64,000 nucleotides of DNA. Origin: Dimorphilus gyrociliatus (lineage: Eukaryota; Animalia; Annelida). Position numbers and translations under genes: made by a program. The stretch is from NCBI GenBank assembly GCA_904063045.1, contig CAJFCJ010000005.1, forward strand, positions 2,846,165 to 2,910,164. Reading direction: 5' to 3'. Of the stretch, positions 42,201 to 54,185 are shown piece by piece; position 1 is the first letter of the stretch, and each line of letters starts with the position of its first letter. The notes beneath the pieces are model-generated. The model did not search any database. It was not told the origin of the DNA and saw only the letters and a list, made by a program, of their open reading frames with translations.

Positions 42201-44678
42201 GGGTAACATCAGGAGAACTATTGAAAAGCTTTTTTCAAAAAGTTATTCGATATAAATCATCTTATGGCTTGGAACTTGATTTAATCAATTTTATTATTAA
42301 ATCGCCAGATTCATTGGCATTAATAGAGAGTAGCAAAATTTTGAAATTTTCCATACTGGCCAGAGGATTGTTTCATTATATAAACATTGAACATTGGTTA
42401 CACGAAGGGTGGTGTTCAACAGCAATATCTTATTTTGAAGGGCAGTATTTATCATCACCTCTATGGATACGTCTGTTTTTCTTGGAATATGCAAAACTAA
42501 CCATCGATGGAGAACTTAACAACAAGATAAATGATAGTAAAATCAAAATGGGAGTTGATTGCATTGAACATACTTTGTCATTTTTCCAAATAAGGAATAA
42601 TAATGTCGTTTTAATAAACGATATCTATCACGAATTTGTTCATCCTTTATTCTCAAGGCTCCTTCCTTTTTGTCTTTTACATTTCGTGATGAATAATATG
42701 AATAATATTTCGGAAAAAGTCATCTGTAGCTGTCTCTACGCCTACGTTTTAATATCGAGTGGAAGTGTAAACTTTTTTTCTACAGATATAAGCTCAATGA
42801 AAGCTTTAGAATCTTATGAAAACTTTATGTTTAAATTAGTCCAGCAGAAATTTAACAATGAGGAACTGAGACTTTTACGTAACAAGTTAATTAACTCTTT
42901 GAGAAATGATTGTCTTTTAAAGTGTCAATTTAACAAATTAAACATTTGAAGCTGGTGTTTTCTGTTAATAAATTTAAAATATATTTCCAGTACAAATGAT
43001 GCATTTGTTGATATAATACAACAATTGGCCGAAAATAAGAAATATGACAATTGGTCATTTGAGAGGTATATAAGTTTTAACAAATATTTTCAATATAACT
43101 AAATTTTTTGTACATAACTTACAGAAAAGTATCTAATTCTGATATTTACATAAGTAAATTAGTTAAAAAATGTCAGAATGAGAAATATGGTCGTTTTTAC
43201 ATCGTAAGTTGAATTTGCTAATTGTAATCTTATCATTTGATAGCTGTAAGATTTATTCTCTTTAGGCTAAAGAAGATATATCAGCAGGAGATTTAATCTT
43301 ACAAGAAAAACCTTATACCTCTATTATTGTCAATCAACCAGATTCGACAAAATATGGAGTTTGTTCTGAATGCTTTATACTTTGTCAGCAAACTTTTAAG
43401 TAAGAATATATGAATTTTTTTGCAAGTTTTCAATATTTTCAATATGATATAAGGTTTTATTTTTGCTGTTTAGATGTCCAAAATGTGATTTAATTATATT
43501 TTGCTCGGATGAATGTTTAAGAGAAGGTTTAGCAAAATATCATGGCTATGAATGTAAATTTTACAAGCTACTTTCTATGGTATCTATTGATTTAAAAAAT
43601 ATTCTACTAATTTGCATATTTCTTATCCACTTTTTTGCAGTGTGGAATTGCTCATTTAGCCATTAGAACTCTTTTCTCCACTGATTTTAAATCATTACTA
43701 ATAGATGATAATCTCGATAAACCTGCATTGGCTAAATACAAACAAATTTATGAATTAGAACCATCAATGAGCTTTGATCCTGTTGATTCTCTTCAATTTG
43801 CAGTTATGGCAGATTTAATGACGAATGTAGCTTTAAAATCAAATTGGTGTGATGAAAATTTTCAAATCACGAAAAATCACGAAAACAAAATATGTGGCCT
43901 TCTGTTTCGCCATATTTTACAGTTGATTAATAATGGACAGACTGTTAGTATAAAACAAACGTACAATTTTGCAGTTGAAAGCGTAAATGTTGGGAGTGCT
44001 ATTCTACCAAATTTTGCAATGTTTAATCATTCTTGCCTACCAAATGTTATGCATAATTACGAAAACGGAAAAATAGTTGTTAGAGCTAGTACAGATATCA
44101 AAGCAGGTTCACAAATTTTCAATTGTTATGGAGCTCAAGCGGGTCTTATGAGCTATCAACAGAGGAAAAATATTTTATCCCAATATGGATTCCAATGCGA
44201 TTGCGAAGCATGTTGTAATAGAATTGATATGGATAAAAATGCGTTTGGAAATTATACATGCGAATTCAAAACTGCCCATTTGACGGACAGCCAAGAACTT
44301 TTGGCATCTTTTGTAATACAATTTCTATTTGTTGGATCAAAACTTCTTTCACCTCAGCATAATCTGCTTGAAGAATCACGACGAAAGATATATAGTTCAC
44401 CCTTAATGACAGCTGGAGACCTAAAATATTTTGGTATTCATTTAGCTATACAAAGTTGCGAGAGGAACGAACAATTTTTTGGTAGACGTTCTCTAGAATT
44501 AGCAAATAATTATTTGTCATGTTCAACATTAGCAGCAATGTTTAAAGACGAAGAAATGAATAAGAAATTTGGAGAAAGAGCCTTAGATATCTTTAAGACT
44601 TTTTACGGAGAAAAAAGCGTCCATTATTTTACAGCATTGAAAGCCTTAACATTGGGTAGTCTAATGAAGAGATTGTAA
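39256..44678 (+). CDS. SMYD-family (SMYD4/SmydA-like) SET-MYND lysine methyltransferase whose 3.6-kb intron contains FANCA
   Basis: 5' exon(s) 39256-39392 end in phase 2 (CTT GA|gtaagt) and join in frame to the exon starting at 42991; then NEKYGRFYIAKEDISAGDLILQEKP (SET-N), MYND Cys cluster, FNHSCLPN and NCYG. Confidence 0.75.
39479..42949 (+). CDS. FANCA: Fanconi anaemia group A protein, single-exon 1156-aa ORF
   Basis: YSSWFENTFG; LIDLIPFEDPFYLKIHI...YKECAHARLNDI; FKTSGKISDQVMQASVFSAPFYANEFVTALL all recall conserved FANCA blocks; N-terminal basic KKRK. Confidence 0.8.
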   Translation: MMSQFPRTKKRKIESIQSQALAIITGDYMECMQHSWKNSPSKNQVKKELLEIIKATDPNDYLIYPDKVNLNVSSAFEFYYQAFSARLKKIQVPNERYFNDVLFDFFQDSLTTVEEFNDNIVKLAYLICSIKSIEKVLQERGKNLSQSFFDEVIEHHNSLEVLLAITMSRNYVEYVVKHYNNILLKEIILKCKTGEENSQLINKTVRELLKSESNSVKDFLNVFIKSYVENLDDIQIRADKFFENVDAKDMRTLMKGFVTNSFTFGETVHINEAIRRQSSWTSDTLTGQRPLWTSVCKFLNFEHILSCIENAAKCSSDLNWRRILYFFELDNFVHEYDVESITKRFYRFIDNLIINSFKDKDVMRKNQNIGLKIALFLVRHVSCLELDGIHLYSSWFENTFGNNGKILKNNSTLQCFAKTLIDLIPFEDPFYLKIHIIKKPTRAGDLYQEYKECAHARLNDINEPIPKTGVILVQPGVKNKTSEKAKLLLENALEYFKTSGKISDQVMQASVFSAPFYANEFVTALLEPGALSEKKLRGEFIQKLHKAGKLEAHFVEKYERACEEKEKNKIIDIVKSEGDVLNEKLNKIESQLVESSRLGIEEMTTSFRLYVQYLKLLIENKEEKRHFLLFERFVECISKLETDPYDMICNLFMAKTVYKATVKAFMNWIIKIISKSESDYDSSIRKTIGIFVNIILSQPEISSEEFYNAFLNPITSIDRCFFLLDILNSCFQISIDNVGNLPLLFYWFCLRLKRSHQNLLSKYKTVRKSIKLQMDVQQWIDFEFLIDKEILTDEDVSLFLNLILPSYGSIDKVFEKVFRAVVCKKRRPKQHIIVMLQNIFLRLQMDKLKDLGTTNLPFFIDFFDKTLKNVHSATVTEEEIFIIILDLLLKILSPEWFNNSRIKGVQIRVTSGELLKSFFQKVIRYKSSYGLELDLINFIIKSPDSLALIESSKILKFSILARGLFHYINIEHWLHEGWCSTAISYFEGQYLSSPLWIRLFFLEYAKLTIDGELNNKINDSKIKMGVDCIEHTLSFFQIRNNNVVLINDIYHEFVHPLFSRLLPFCLLHFVMNNMNNISEKVICSCLYAYVLISSGSVNFFSTDISSMKALESYENFMFKLVQQKFNNEELRLLRNKLINSLRNDCLLKCQFNKLNI

Positions 44679-44758
44679 TAAAGTTTGGATAAAATCTACG
44701 AGAGTCTCTTTTTAAAATTAAAAATTTAAATAAAATAAATATACTATATTGTTTTATT

Positions 44759-45355
44759 ATGAACTTTATTATTATATTCTATTTTGTTCTATTTTTAATC
44801 GAAAATTGCTATTCTTTCAGTTGTTATCATTATAATATTACTAGATGTTTGAAACCAAATACAACTTATTGTCAAAAATTATACGAAAATTGTCAAGCTA
44901 ATCAAACTACTTGTCATACTTTATTGGCTAAGTTCAGTTCAAAATTCGTAATACTATTTATGGGATGTAGTTCATATTGTAAATATAATCAAAATGCTAC
45001 AAATTCTTGTAATACTGTTCAAGTTTCTAATGTTGAAACGCAAGAGATGGAATTTCATTATTGTTGTTGTAATACAAGTAATTGTAATAAAGAATTTCAT
45101 CAGAAGGAACACGTCAATTGGTTAGATGTGGATAAAAGATTAAGGGTATTAATACCTTTCAAATATCTGGAAAGTGAACGGAGGCAACAGTCGACTATAA
45201 AGATAATAATGACTATGTTACTTTTAATATTATTGCTACCAATTATATTTTGTTTAGTTTTTAAAACTCTTAGAGAATTTTTCATAAATAAGTATCGATT
45301 ATTTAAAAGAAATTACCAATTTGTTAAACTGTCGTTCAAAAATCAAGAAAAATAG
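44759..45355 (+). CDS. Single-pass membrane protein with an activin/TGF-beta-receptor-like three-finger ectodomain and no kinase
   Basis: Signal peptide, Cys-rich ectodomain ending in YCCCNTSNCN, TM segment IIMTMLLLILLLPIIFCLVF, about 30-aa basic tail, then stop. Confidence 0.7.
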   Translation: MNFIIIFYFVLFLIENCYSFSCYHYNITRCLKPNTTYCQKLYENCQANQTTCHTLLAKFSSKFVILFMGCSSYCKYNQNATNSCNTVQVSNVETQEMEFHYCCCNTSNCNKEFHQKEHVNWLDVDKRLRVLIPFKYLESERRQQSTIKIIMTMLLLILLLPIIFCLVFKTLREFFINKYRLFKRNYQFVKLSFKNQEK

Positions 45356-45946
45356 TTTATTACTGTTTAGTGAAATGTTTCCAGTTGTTTTATGTAATGA
45401 GTGATAATATAATTTTTATAACAATAAACGGAAAAATTGCGAAATATTTTATTATATATGTGAAAGATCAATACTTGCAGTTTAAAGTCATTTCTATAAT
45501 AGTTTCTATACGGTAAACTGATATTATTAAAGTAAAAAGTTACGAAAATAATTATTGGAGGAGATAACGCTAAATGCGATTATCGAATTAGAAAACGATA
45601 TAATAAAGTTAATTAATTAATCGATTTAAAACTAGACAATTTGAAAATTCGATTTTCGCGGCAGACTATATGTCTGTTTCTTATTAAATAAGAAAGAGTC
45701 TTTCAAAACGACTATATTTTAAAGAAAACCATTGCTTATAATTATTTTTAAAGATTATCTTTTATATAGTTAATTTACGTTTATTAATACTTTCTGTTAC
45801 ACAGATTTTACTAGTTTTAATAAGTATTAACTTTATATGAACGACCTTAATATCGCTTGATTTTTTTGGGGCGAGTATTTATAAACTGTTTTTAAATGTG
45901 GCTGTAATAAAACTTTATAAATAGATAGCTCTTCTTGCCGGAAAAT

Positions 45947-48900
45947 ATGCTAAAATCAAGGAAAAAGAGAACTATCACTAATCAAAGGTAAAGATTTCAA
46001 ATTAATATATTTAATATAACATTTTTGTTATAAGACGGCTTTTTATAACCTTTCTGAATAAGGAAAATTTGTTATCATTTCTTTCTTTCTTCTCTTTAGT
46101 AATAATGCCAATAAAGTTCGCAAAGAAAATGATCATTGTAAGAAATGCTTACAAAATATAAATTCAGTAATTTATAAGCCTAGTTTAGCAATACCTGAAG
46201 GAGAAGTATGTGCTATTAACAAATAGTATTTAATTGATTTTTAACAGTAACTTTTAGTAATATTTTAATATTCAAAAAGTCGGAGAAATCTTGGGAAGAA
46301 ATTATCATTGATGAAAAATACTCAACATCCTACGACTACGTTCCCCAAGTTCACATAACTAATTTTGTGATTTATGATGAAGAAAATCATATTGTTTCAA
46401 TTGATTCTGGCATATTGACTAGAAATCATCAACTGAAACTTGACGGCTACGCTAAACCTATATATAATTTAGATACTACGCTTACGGGTGGAAACTATGT
46501 AAAGGAAGTTTCTGGAATTAGTTCATGGTTCATAACTGGATTTACGGAAGAAGATAATATCAGGATTGGACTTGTGAGATGTGACGGTTTGTTTCCAAAA
46601 AGAAATGTAACAATTTTTAATTAAATTTATTGAACAATATGTTAAAAATTTCCCAAAGATGGAGATGAAATTTGGCTATCGGAACCGGCGGAAATTTATC
46701 AACCCTTCTATAGACCACTTCTTCAAAAGTCTACAATATTTAAGGGCATAATAACTTTTGCAACGACGAGAATAGACGAAGATCCGTCTTATGAGGACCT
46801 TACAATCTATTTGTCTGAACAAACGTTACCTGATAATCAAATCTTCTCCACTGATTTTCTTGTTTCCAATGTGAAATGGATGTGGGAGCAAGTATAACGA
46901 ACTAAATTATATCCTACTTCGCATACTTAATAATATATTCCTTCTTTATCATTTACATCTAGATTGTCAGCTATGACAGTGCTAGAGATGAAAATGAAGA
47001 ATCAATCTTACACATGAGATGCCTCAGATATATTATGAAATTGACTGGTGTCAAATTAAACAAGTATTACTTTATATAATAACTACCACTATTGTTTTAT
47101 TATTATGATTATTAATAGAAAATTAGGATCGACAACTAGAATTCGGCGAAAAGAAAAGGAATTAAGAGAGACTAAACCAAAGAAACCCATTTTAACCAAA
47201 GCAACTGTAACACCACTAGTTAAATATATATTTGAAGAAGTATTTCAAGTAGGTATCTTATATAAAAGGGGCTTTATGTCTGTATAATTGAAACAATTCA
47301 CACTTTTATAGGGACAATTGGCTTCTGGTAAAACGAATGATAACGAAGTTGAAGAAAATGCAGAAGATGCGGATGAGGAAGATTGCGAAGGGGATGACGA
47401 TGTAACCATTAAAAATACTGATATAAAAATTTTACAAGAATTACGTTCATCATCAAGAAACTCATCTTTGTCATCAACATCATCGTCATTATTGGTAAAG
47501 AATGAGAAGGTATAATGAAAAAATAACTGTATGTATTCCAATAAATCAACGAATTTTGACTGTTCTAAAGGATAATTCAGTAAGATGGTTTAACGATCCA
47601 ATATTTCAATATTCTGGCATAAACTATTACGAAAGTTGCGAATACAATGATATGTGGTTGCGAGTTGGCGATTGTATTAGATATAAGGCTACAGATAAAA
47701 TTTTACTCTTTCGAATCATTCATCTAACTGAGAATAAATACAAATCTCAGAAATGGCATGGTCACTTCTTTTTGTAATTATATGAATTTGCAATAATCTA
47801 AAGATAAATAAGTAAATTAAATTATAAATTTTTTGCAGAAAATCGTGTGAAACTCTTTTAGGAGAATATGGTGAACAGCAAGAACTTTTCCTAGTAGAAG
47901 AATGCTTTGAATCTACCTTTAAAAATATTATAGAAAAGATTGAGGTAAGACTTAATATAACTATCTTATTGTATATTTATACTGTATACATTATATTACA
48001 AATGATTAGGTTAACTTCCTAGATTCAGAACAACAATGGCAAAATAGAAAATTTACTACAAAAGTAGATTCAAAAGTGGATACAAAAGATAGGAATAGCT
48101 ATTATTGTTCTAAAATGTTTGTTATAATTTCTTTTTATCTATAAGAAAATATAAATAACATTGATTCTTTTATAGGTATAATTCGTCTGCAGCAATGTTT
48201 AGTGATATACCTGCTATTTATAAAGAAATAGATATGTATAGTTTGGCAGCTTCGCATAAAAAATCTTGTAATTTAAATCAAAGTAATAAAGTAAGCTTAT
48301 TAATATATAAGTATACATATACTATATATAGCTGTTTTATTATCAATTATCGAACATTTATCAAGGACACTGTTTCAATCGAGAAAGACGGAAAAGAAAT
48401 ACTAAGTGTTTCTTTTAAAAATATAACTTATGAAGTTAATGACTGCGTATATATTGAAAATGATGCGTACACGTTTAAAGCCTTTCAACCTGAAAAAAAA
48501 GAGAAAGCTCCAGAAGAAGATAAGGTTTATTTTTATTTTTCATAGCATTGACTATGAATCTAATAACGCTAAACTTTCGTAAGACTCTGGATAGGCCTGA
48601 AAGATATCGGCACCTTAGAGATAGGAATCCAGTGGTTCTAGCACAGCCAGTACTAATAGGACATATCCGAAAGATATGTAGAATTTCTTCAAAGTTATCA
48701 GATAAATCGTTTGGATTTGTAATTAATAAACTATATAGGTTAATCTCACTAAAAATACATAATACCTTGATTTTTTTAATTATATATGCTTTATTCTAGA
48801 CCTGAGAATACAAATCTTGGCAACAATTCAATCTATAGCGGCTATCTTCATAGATTGTACTACTCGAATGAAAGTGCACAGGTTACGCTTTCGCAGGTTA

Positions 48901-50810
48901 AAGGAAAATGTTTTGTAATAACTGAAGAATACGCCGAGAAATTCTATCAAGATTGCGATGAACCGTTAGGAAGATATTTTGATCAAGGGCCTGATAGATT
49001 TTATATTGCTGCTGTAAATTTACTGCAATATTTGGCAAATTTATACCAAAATATTTATACATTTTTATCATTTAGATGTACTGCCATAAAAGAAATATAT
49101 TTAAAGATTTGCCAAGCGATATAAAAAAACACTTTGAGACTAAAACTATTCATGAGCTAAAACCTGTTAAAAAATTAGTAACTCTCGATGTTTTTGCTGG
49201 TTGCGGTGGACTATCCGAAGGATTGCATCAGTCAGGAATTAGCGAGGCAAAATGGGCCATTGAATTTAATACAGATGCAGCAAACTCTTATCAAAAAAGA
49301 TTTCCAAATGCAAAGGTGTATAACTTAGATTGTAATCAACTTCTCGATGAAGCTTTGGAGGCTTATGAAAAGGGTACAGATACACCGTATCCCAAGCCAG
49401 GAGAAGTTGAATTACTTTGTGGAGGACCACCGTGTCAGGGATTCTCTGGAATGAATAGATTTAATAAAAGAGACTATTCAAAATTTAAGAATTCTCTTAT
49501 AGCGTCATTTTACTCTTACTGTGACTTTTATAGGCCAAAGTACATAATCATGGAAAATGTGAGAACATTTTTCGTTCACAAAAAGTCCGAAGTATTTAGG
49601 TTAACCGTTACAGCTCTGTTGAAAATGGGATATCAATGCCGTTTTGGTATTTTACAAGCTGGTTGCTATGGAATTCCACAAAGTAGAAGAAGGTTGTAAT
49701 CTCATAAAATTATTTACCTTTAATACTGAAGGTTTCCTTAACTTTTCAGAGCATTTATTATTGGTGCTGCTCCTGGTCATAAGTTACCTAACTTTCCTGA
49801 ACCTACGCATGCATTTTCCTTCTCAGGGCTTAATTTATCTGCTGGTAATATGAAGGTTGATTGAATAAATATTAATTTATAATGATTTATCTGTTATCAC
49901 TATTATCAAATATAACCTTACAGTTTGGAATCTGTTTTAAAAATTTATACGCTCCTCTTCGCACAATTACTGTCCGTGATGCCATAATGGATTTGCCAAA
50001 AATTGAGAATAATCAAAGAGACCTTCATACCGAACTAGAGTATAAAGGATTACCTGATTCGCATTATCAAAGATTGGTAAGAGAAACTTGAACAATTTAC
50101 TTTGCAATTGTTATTTTTCTGAAATGTTTATTCATAATCAGTTGAGAAAAGATACAGGTGATACAGTTTTTGATCATATCTGTAAACCCCTCAATGTGCT
50201 TGTAATTGAAAGGATTAAACATGTACCTAAAAGTCCTAAATCTGACTGGAGAGATATTCCAAATATAGAGATCACACTCCAAGATGGAAGAATTATTAAA
50301 AAGCTGGTATATGAATATGATGATATTCAGAATGGAAGAGGACCTAATGGAGAGCTCAGAGGCGTTTGTAAATGTGCAACTGTAAAGGGGAAAATAGAAG
50401 GTCTGAAATGCCAGGATTTAAACCAACAGGATACTCTAATACCTTGGTGTCTTCCCCATACTGGAAATCGGCATAACGATTGGACTGGTTTATATGGAAG
50501 ATTAGACTGGAATGGACATTTTATCACAACTGTGACAAATCCAGATCCTATGGCAAAGCAAGGTCGCGTAGTTCATCCAAATCAAGATAGAGTCGTAAGT
50601 GTTCGAGAGAATGCTAGGTCACAAGGATTCCCTGATAGTTTTACTTTTTGCGGAATAATACCCGAACGTTATCGACAAGTAAGATAAAGGTTATATAAAT
50701 TTTCTAATTAAATTAGATATATTTTCTAACAGATTGGAAATGCAGTTCCTCCTCCCCTCTCCAAAGCTATAGGTGGTGAATTTAAGAAAATCTTAATGGA
50801 CCAAAAGTAG
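45947..50810 (+). CDS. DNMT1: DNA (cytosine-5) methyltransferase 1, lacking the CXXC finger
   Basis: RFTS-like [10 protein letters not shown]...AKPIY; BAH-like regions; motifs [32 protein letters not shown]. Confidence 0.95.
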
Positions 50811-50881
50811 TTTAATAATTTTTTTATATGAGCAATATTTGCGATTTATTATTTTAAATAAAGAAATTTGGAATGTCTATC

Positions 50882-53152
50882 CTAAAATACAGAAGCTTTT
50901 CCAGCACGTCTTGGATCTGCGTATCCAATGATATCTTCATCTAACTTTCCGGCTAAATTTACCAAGTTAACTCCATTGTTATCTATTTTAAGTTTATGCC
51001 CTTTCTTTTCTAATGCTTCTTTAAGACCACCTATTTCATCCGGTCGATCATATTCAACAACCCTCGTAGTTACGACAGGAAACAATCTTGGTACTTTTAT
51101 AGCTTCCGATATATTCATCTGCAGTCCGACTATGTTTGATATTACTTGTCCTACACCTGGAAAAATCCTGCTACCATTCACGCCCCCAACACTTAATCTC
51201 AGGCCACACTGAGAGTCCTTTTTCCTTAAAATAACTGGAGCCATTGCAGATCTGGGTCTTTTAAAAGGTTCAGGAAAATTAAACTCGTCTTCATGTAATC
51301 CCGGAATAGAGAAATCGGCCATTTCATTGTTCAGAATAACATCATCTTTTGTTACTACTCCTGCTCCAAAATGCATATTTATTGTCCTAGAAAGAATGGT
51401 ATGGTTAGTTTACAAGTCACGAATGAAATTTCTAAAATTCAATTTACGTTGTGAGAGAAACTAAATCCTCTGAAGGGCCGATAACAGAAATATGTGAAGT
51501 ACCAAAAGATAATGGCTCGTTTGGAAATTTATAGAAGTCCTCATCATTTGTGGAATTATCATTGATTAAATCTTTTAACCTTTCAGCAACTGTTTCGCTG
51601 TTAAATGAATGAAATAAAAAAAACAAAAATGATAAAAAATCAAATTACTAAATTAGATATAATTACTTGAGAAACACAGAAGTAACAAGGTGTTTAGGTT
51701 CTTCATTGTTCATTAAATCCCCTGATTTATTTAGCCAGAGAGACCTTGCAAATTTAGTAGCTTCAATAAATCTATGATAAAAAAGAGGATCTTTTTTATC
51801 AGCTTTTTTTAATTTGTACTTCTTTAAGATATTTAAGATTAAAGCTGTTGCCGGACTTCCACTGGGAAAGCTAGGCATATGTAGAATATTCCCTAAAAAC
51901 TCTGAAGTAACCGGTACATAAGTCTTAACTTTATAATTGGCAAGATCCGATAATGTCATAATTCCACCACTTTTATTTACAGCACTAACAATATTTTCAG
52001 CAATAGGACCCTTATAGAATGCATCAGGTCCGTTTAGAGCAACCTTCTCCAAAACATTTGCGAACACGGTTCTTTTAATTTTATCTCCTTTCTTTATTAT
52101 GTTTTCTCCATTAAAATAATTAGTTCTTAAATGCTTTTGTGGATCTGCATAAGTATTCTTTATGAGGTCTTTCTCTTTCTCTAAAACCCTAATCATATCA
52201 GCAGTAGCCTCAAAACCATCTCTTGCTAATTTCACAACTGGCATTACAACATCTTTCCAGCTTTTTCTATAAGCAATTCAGATAAACAAAAAGATATAAT
52301 TGAAAAGATTTCAAACGTACTGTCCAAATTTCTGATGAGCTTCGTATAGTCCTTTAATCTCCCCTGGTACAGCAACGGATAATCCATTTTTAAATAGTGA
52401 GTTTTCTTTTCCTTTGAACATCTCTTTTGTTGTTTTTCCAGGAGCTGTTTCACGGAAATCGATAGCCAAATTCACATCTTGTTTATGTTTTCTCACAACC
52501 ATGAAACCACCCCTAATAACATTTTTATACTATTTTTCGGACTACTGTGAGTAATTATTAACAAACCCTCCAACTCCTGAAAATTGGGCATCTACTAAAC
52601 CAACGCATAAAGTTGTAGTAACAGCTGCATCAACGGCTGAGCCCCCATCCTCGAGTATTTTCCTTCCTAAATCTGAACACTTGGGAACATCACAAACAAC
52701 TGCTCCAGTTGGTTCTACCTTTTTAATCAAAGAAATTTAGTCATTAGTCAACAAGAATAATCAAGATAGAAATTATACCTGTGGCGGACCAAGATAAATT
52801 GTGAGAATTAGAGCTACAGTAACACCGACTGAGAAGATTATTGACGAGACTATTAATATTTTTAAAGTTTCACTTGGAGGTTGTGGTGTTCTAGAATCCA
52901 TATTACGATTAAGATAACAAATTGAAACATTTTATAATTAAATTTTGATAATTACTGATTGCAATCTTGAATCTGCAAAGGTGATAATTCAGATCTTTCT
53001 GGGTTCTTACCAAGGATCAATTTATCTTTATCATCTAACAGAATTAATAATCTTATTATCAACAATATAGAAAATTTATGACAACCTGTAGTTGGGCTAT
53101 ACTGATCTGTTGCTACTTCTTGTACAGGTCCAGCATCAGTTGGAGACGCCAT
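50882..53152 (-). CDS. GGT7: Gamma-glutamyltransferase 7-like
   Basis: MASPTD...QYSPT; IFSVGVTVALILTIYLGPPQ|VEPTGAVVCD (GGT7-type); DFRETAP; nucleophile motif GTSHISV; NNEMADF; ADPRR. Confidence 0.85.
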
Positions 53153-54128
53153 GTTGTACGGATGTGATTCAATACTATTAAAAATATTTAGCAACGGAAA
53201 AAAAATGGTATTGTATCGAAGTTGATCAATAAGCACAGATGTATATACGTATTTTCGAATTTCGCCAGAAATATTCTCGAGTCTATAGATTTTCTGTACC
53301 GCGGTAAATTTAAAATAAAAAACACAATATGCTATTTTTTAAGATATGGTCTATTAAACATGATATTTCGTTTGGGAAAAAAGAGTATTAAAATCTTAAT
53401 CTATACAACTCTTTGCTTTCGAATAAATTACTCTTTATCTTAATTTTTTTCATTTACGACAATTCTTTAAAATCTTCGAACAAGGGTAGATAAAAAGAGA
53501 TTTTGTTTGTTTCAAGTATTCTTAGAAGAACAACAACACAATGTAATAATTCTTTTTATTTTCTCTGTTCTTTTGCTTTAAAGTATAAAATTAAGAACCA
53601 AATAGAATATTTTTTTCGTTTGCGAATGTCTTAGAATAATGTTCTATTTTAAGTATTCATGTATGAAAGAAAACATGTTTAAAAAAGGTCAAAACAACAA
53701 ATGCCGAGGATTGATAGTTTGTTATACTATCCATTTAATTCCACATAAAGTTCTTTTGATCTAAAAACGGCTAACGTCCTCTTTTTTTATCATACAGTAT
53801 CTCTAAATTTAGGACCAAATGTTCGTTTCTCATTTAGGCACCTTTTAAGCAGTTTTGCCATATTATTAGGTTCTATTTAATTGTTAAAATTTGATTAATA
53901 AATTTATTTATTTTTAATCAAATATTAAAAAATCTTTCTATAATTATTTTAGAATATACCGAGAACTTAATAGTTAAAATATCAATTGGAACTAAATAGT
54001 TAAACATAGCCCGAATATTTTTTACAATGTTTCCTTTCTAAATATTTATTATCAGTATTTGTATCCATATTTATCACAACATACATGATTAAAAGACCAA
54101 AATAGTAATTGTCCCGCCTTTTTGATGG

Positions 54129-54162
54129 TCATGTGACATTAGACAAATTCTTGGTCACATGA
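54129..54162. promoter_or_regulatory. Two inverted M-box/CLEAR-like TCATGTGAC sites upstream of AGA
   Basis: tcatgtgac 54129-54137 and its exact reverse complement gtcacatga 54154-54162. Confidence 0.55.
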
Positions 54163-54185
54163 TCAGAAGTGAAGCTGGTGTAAAC

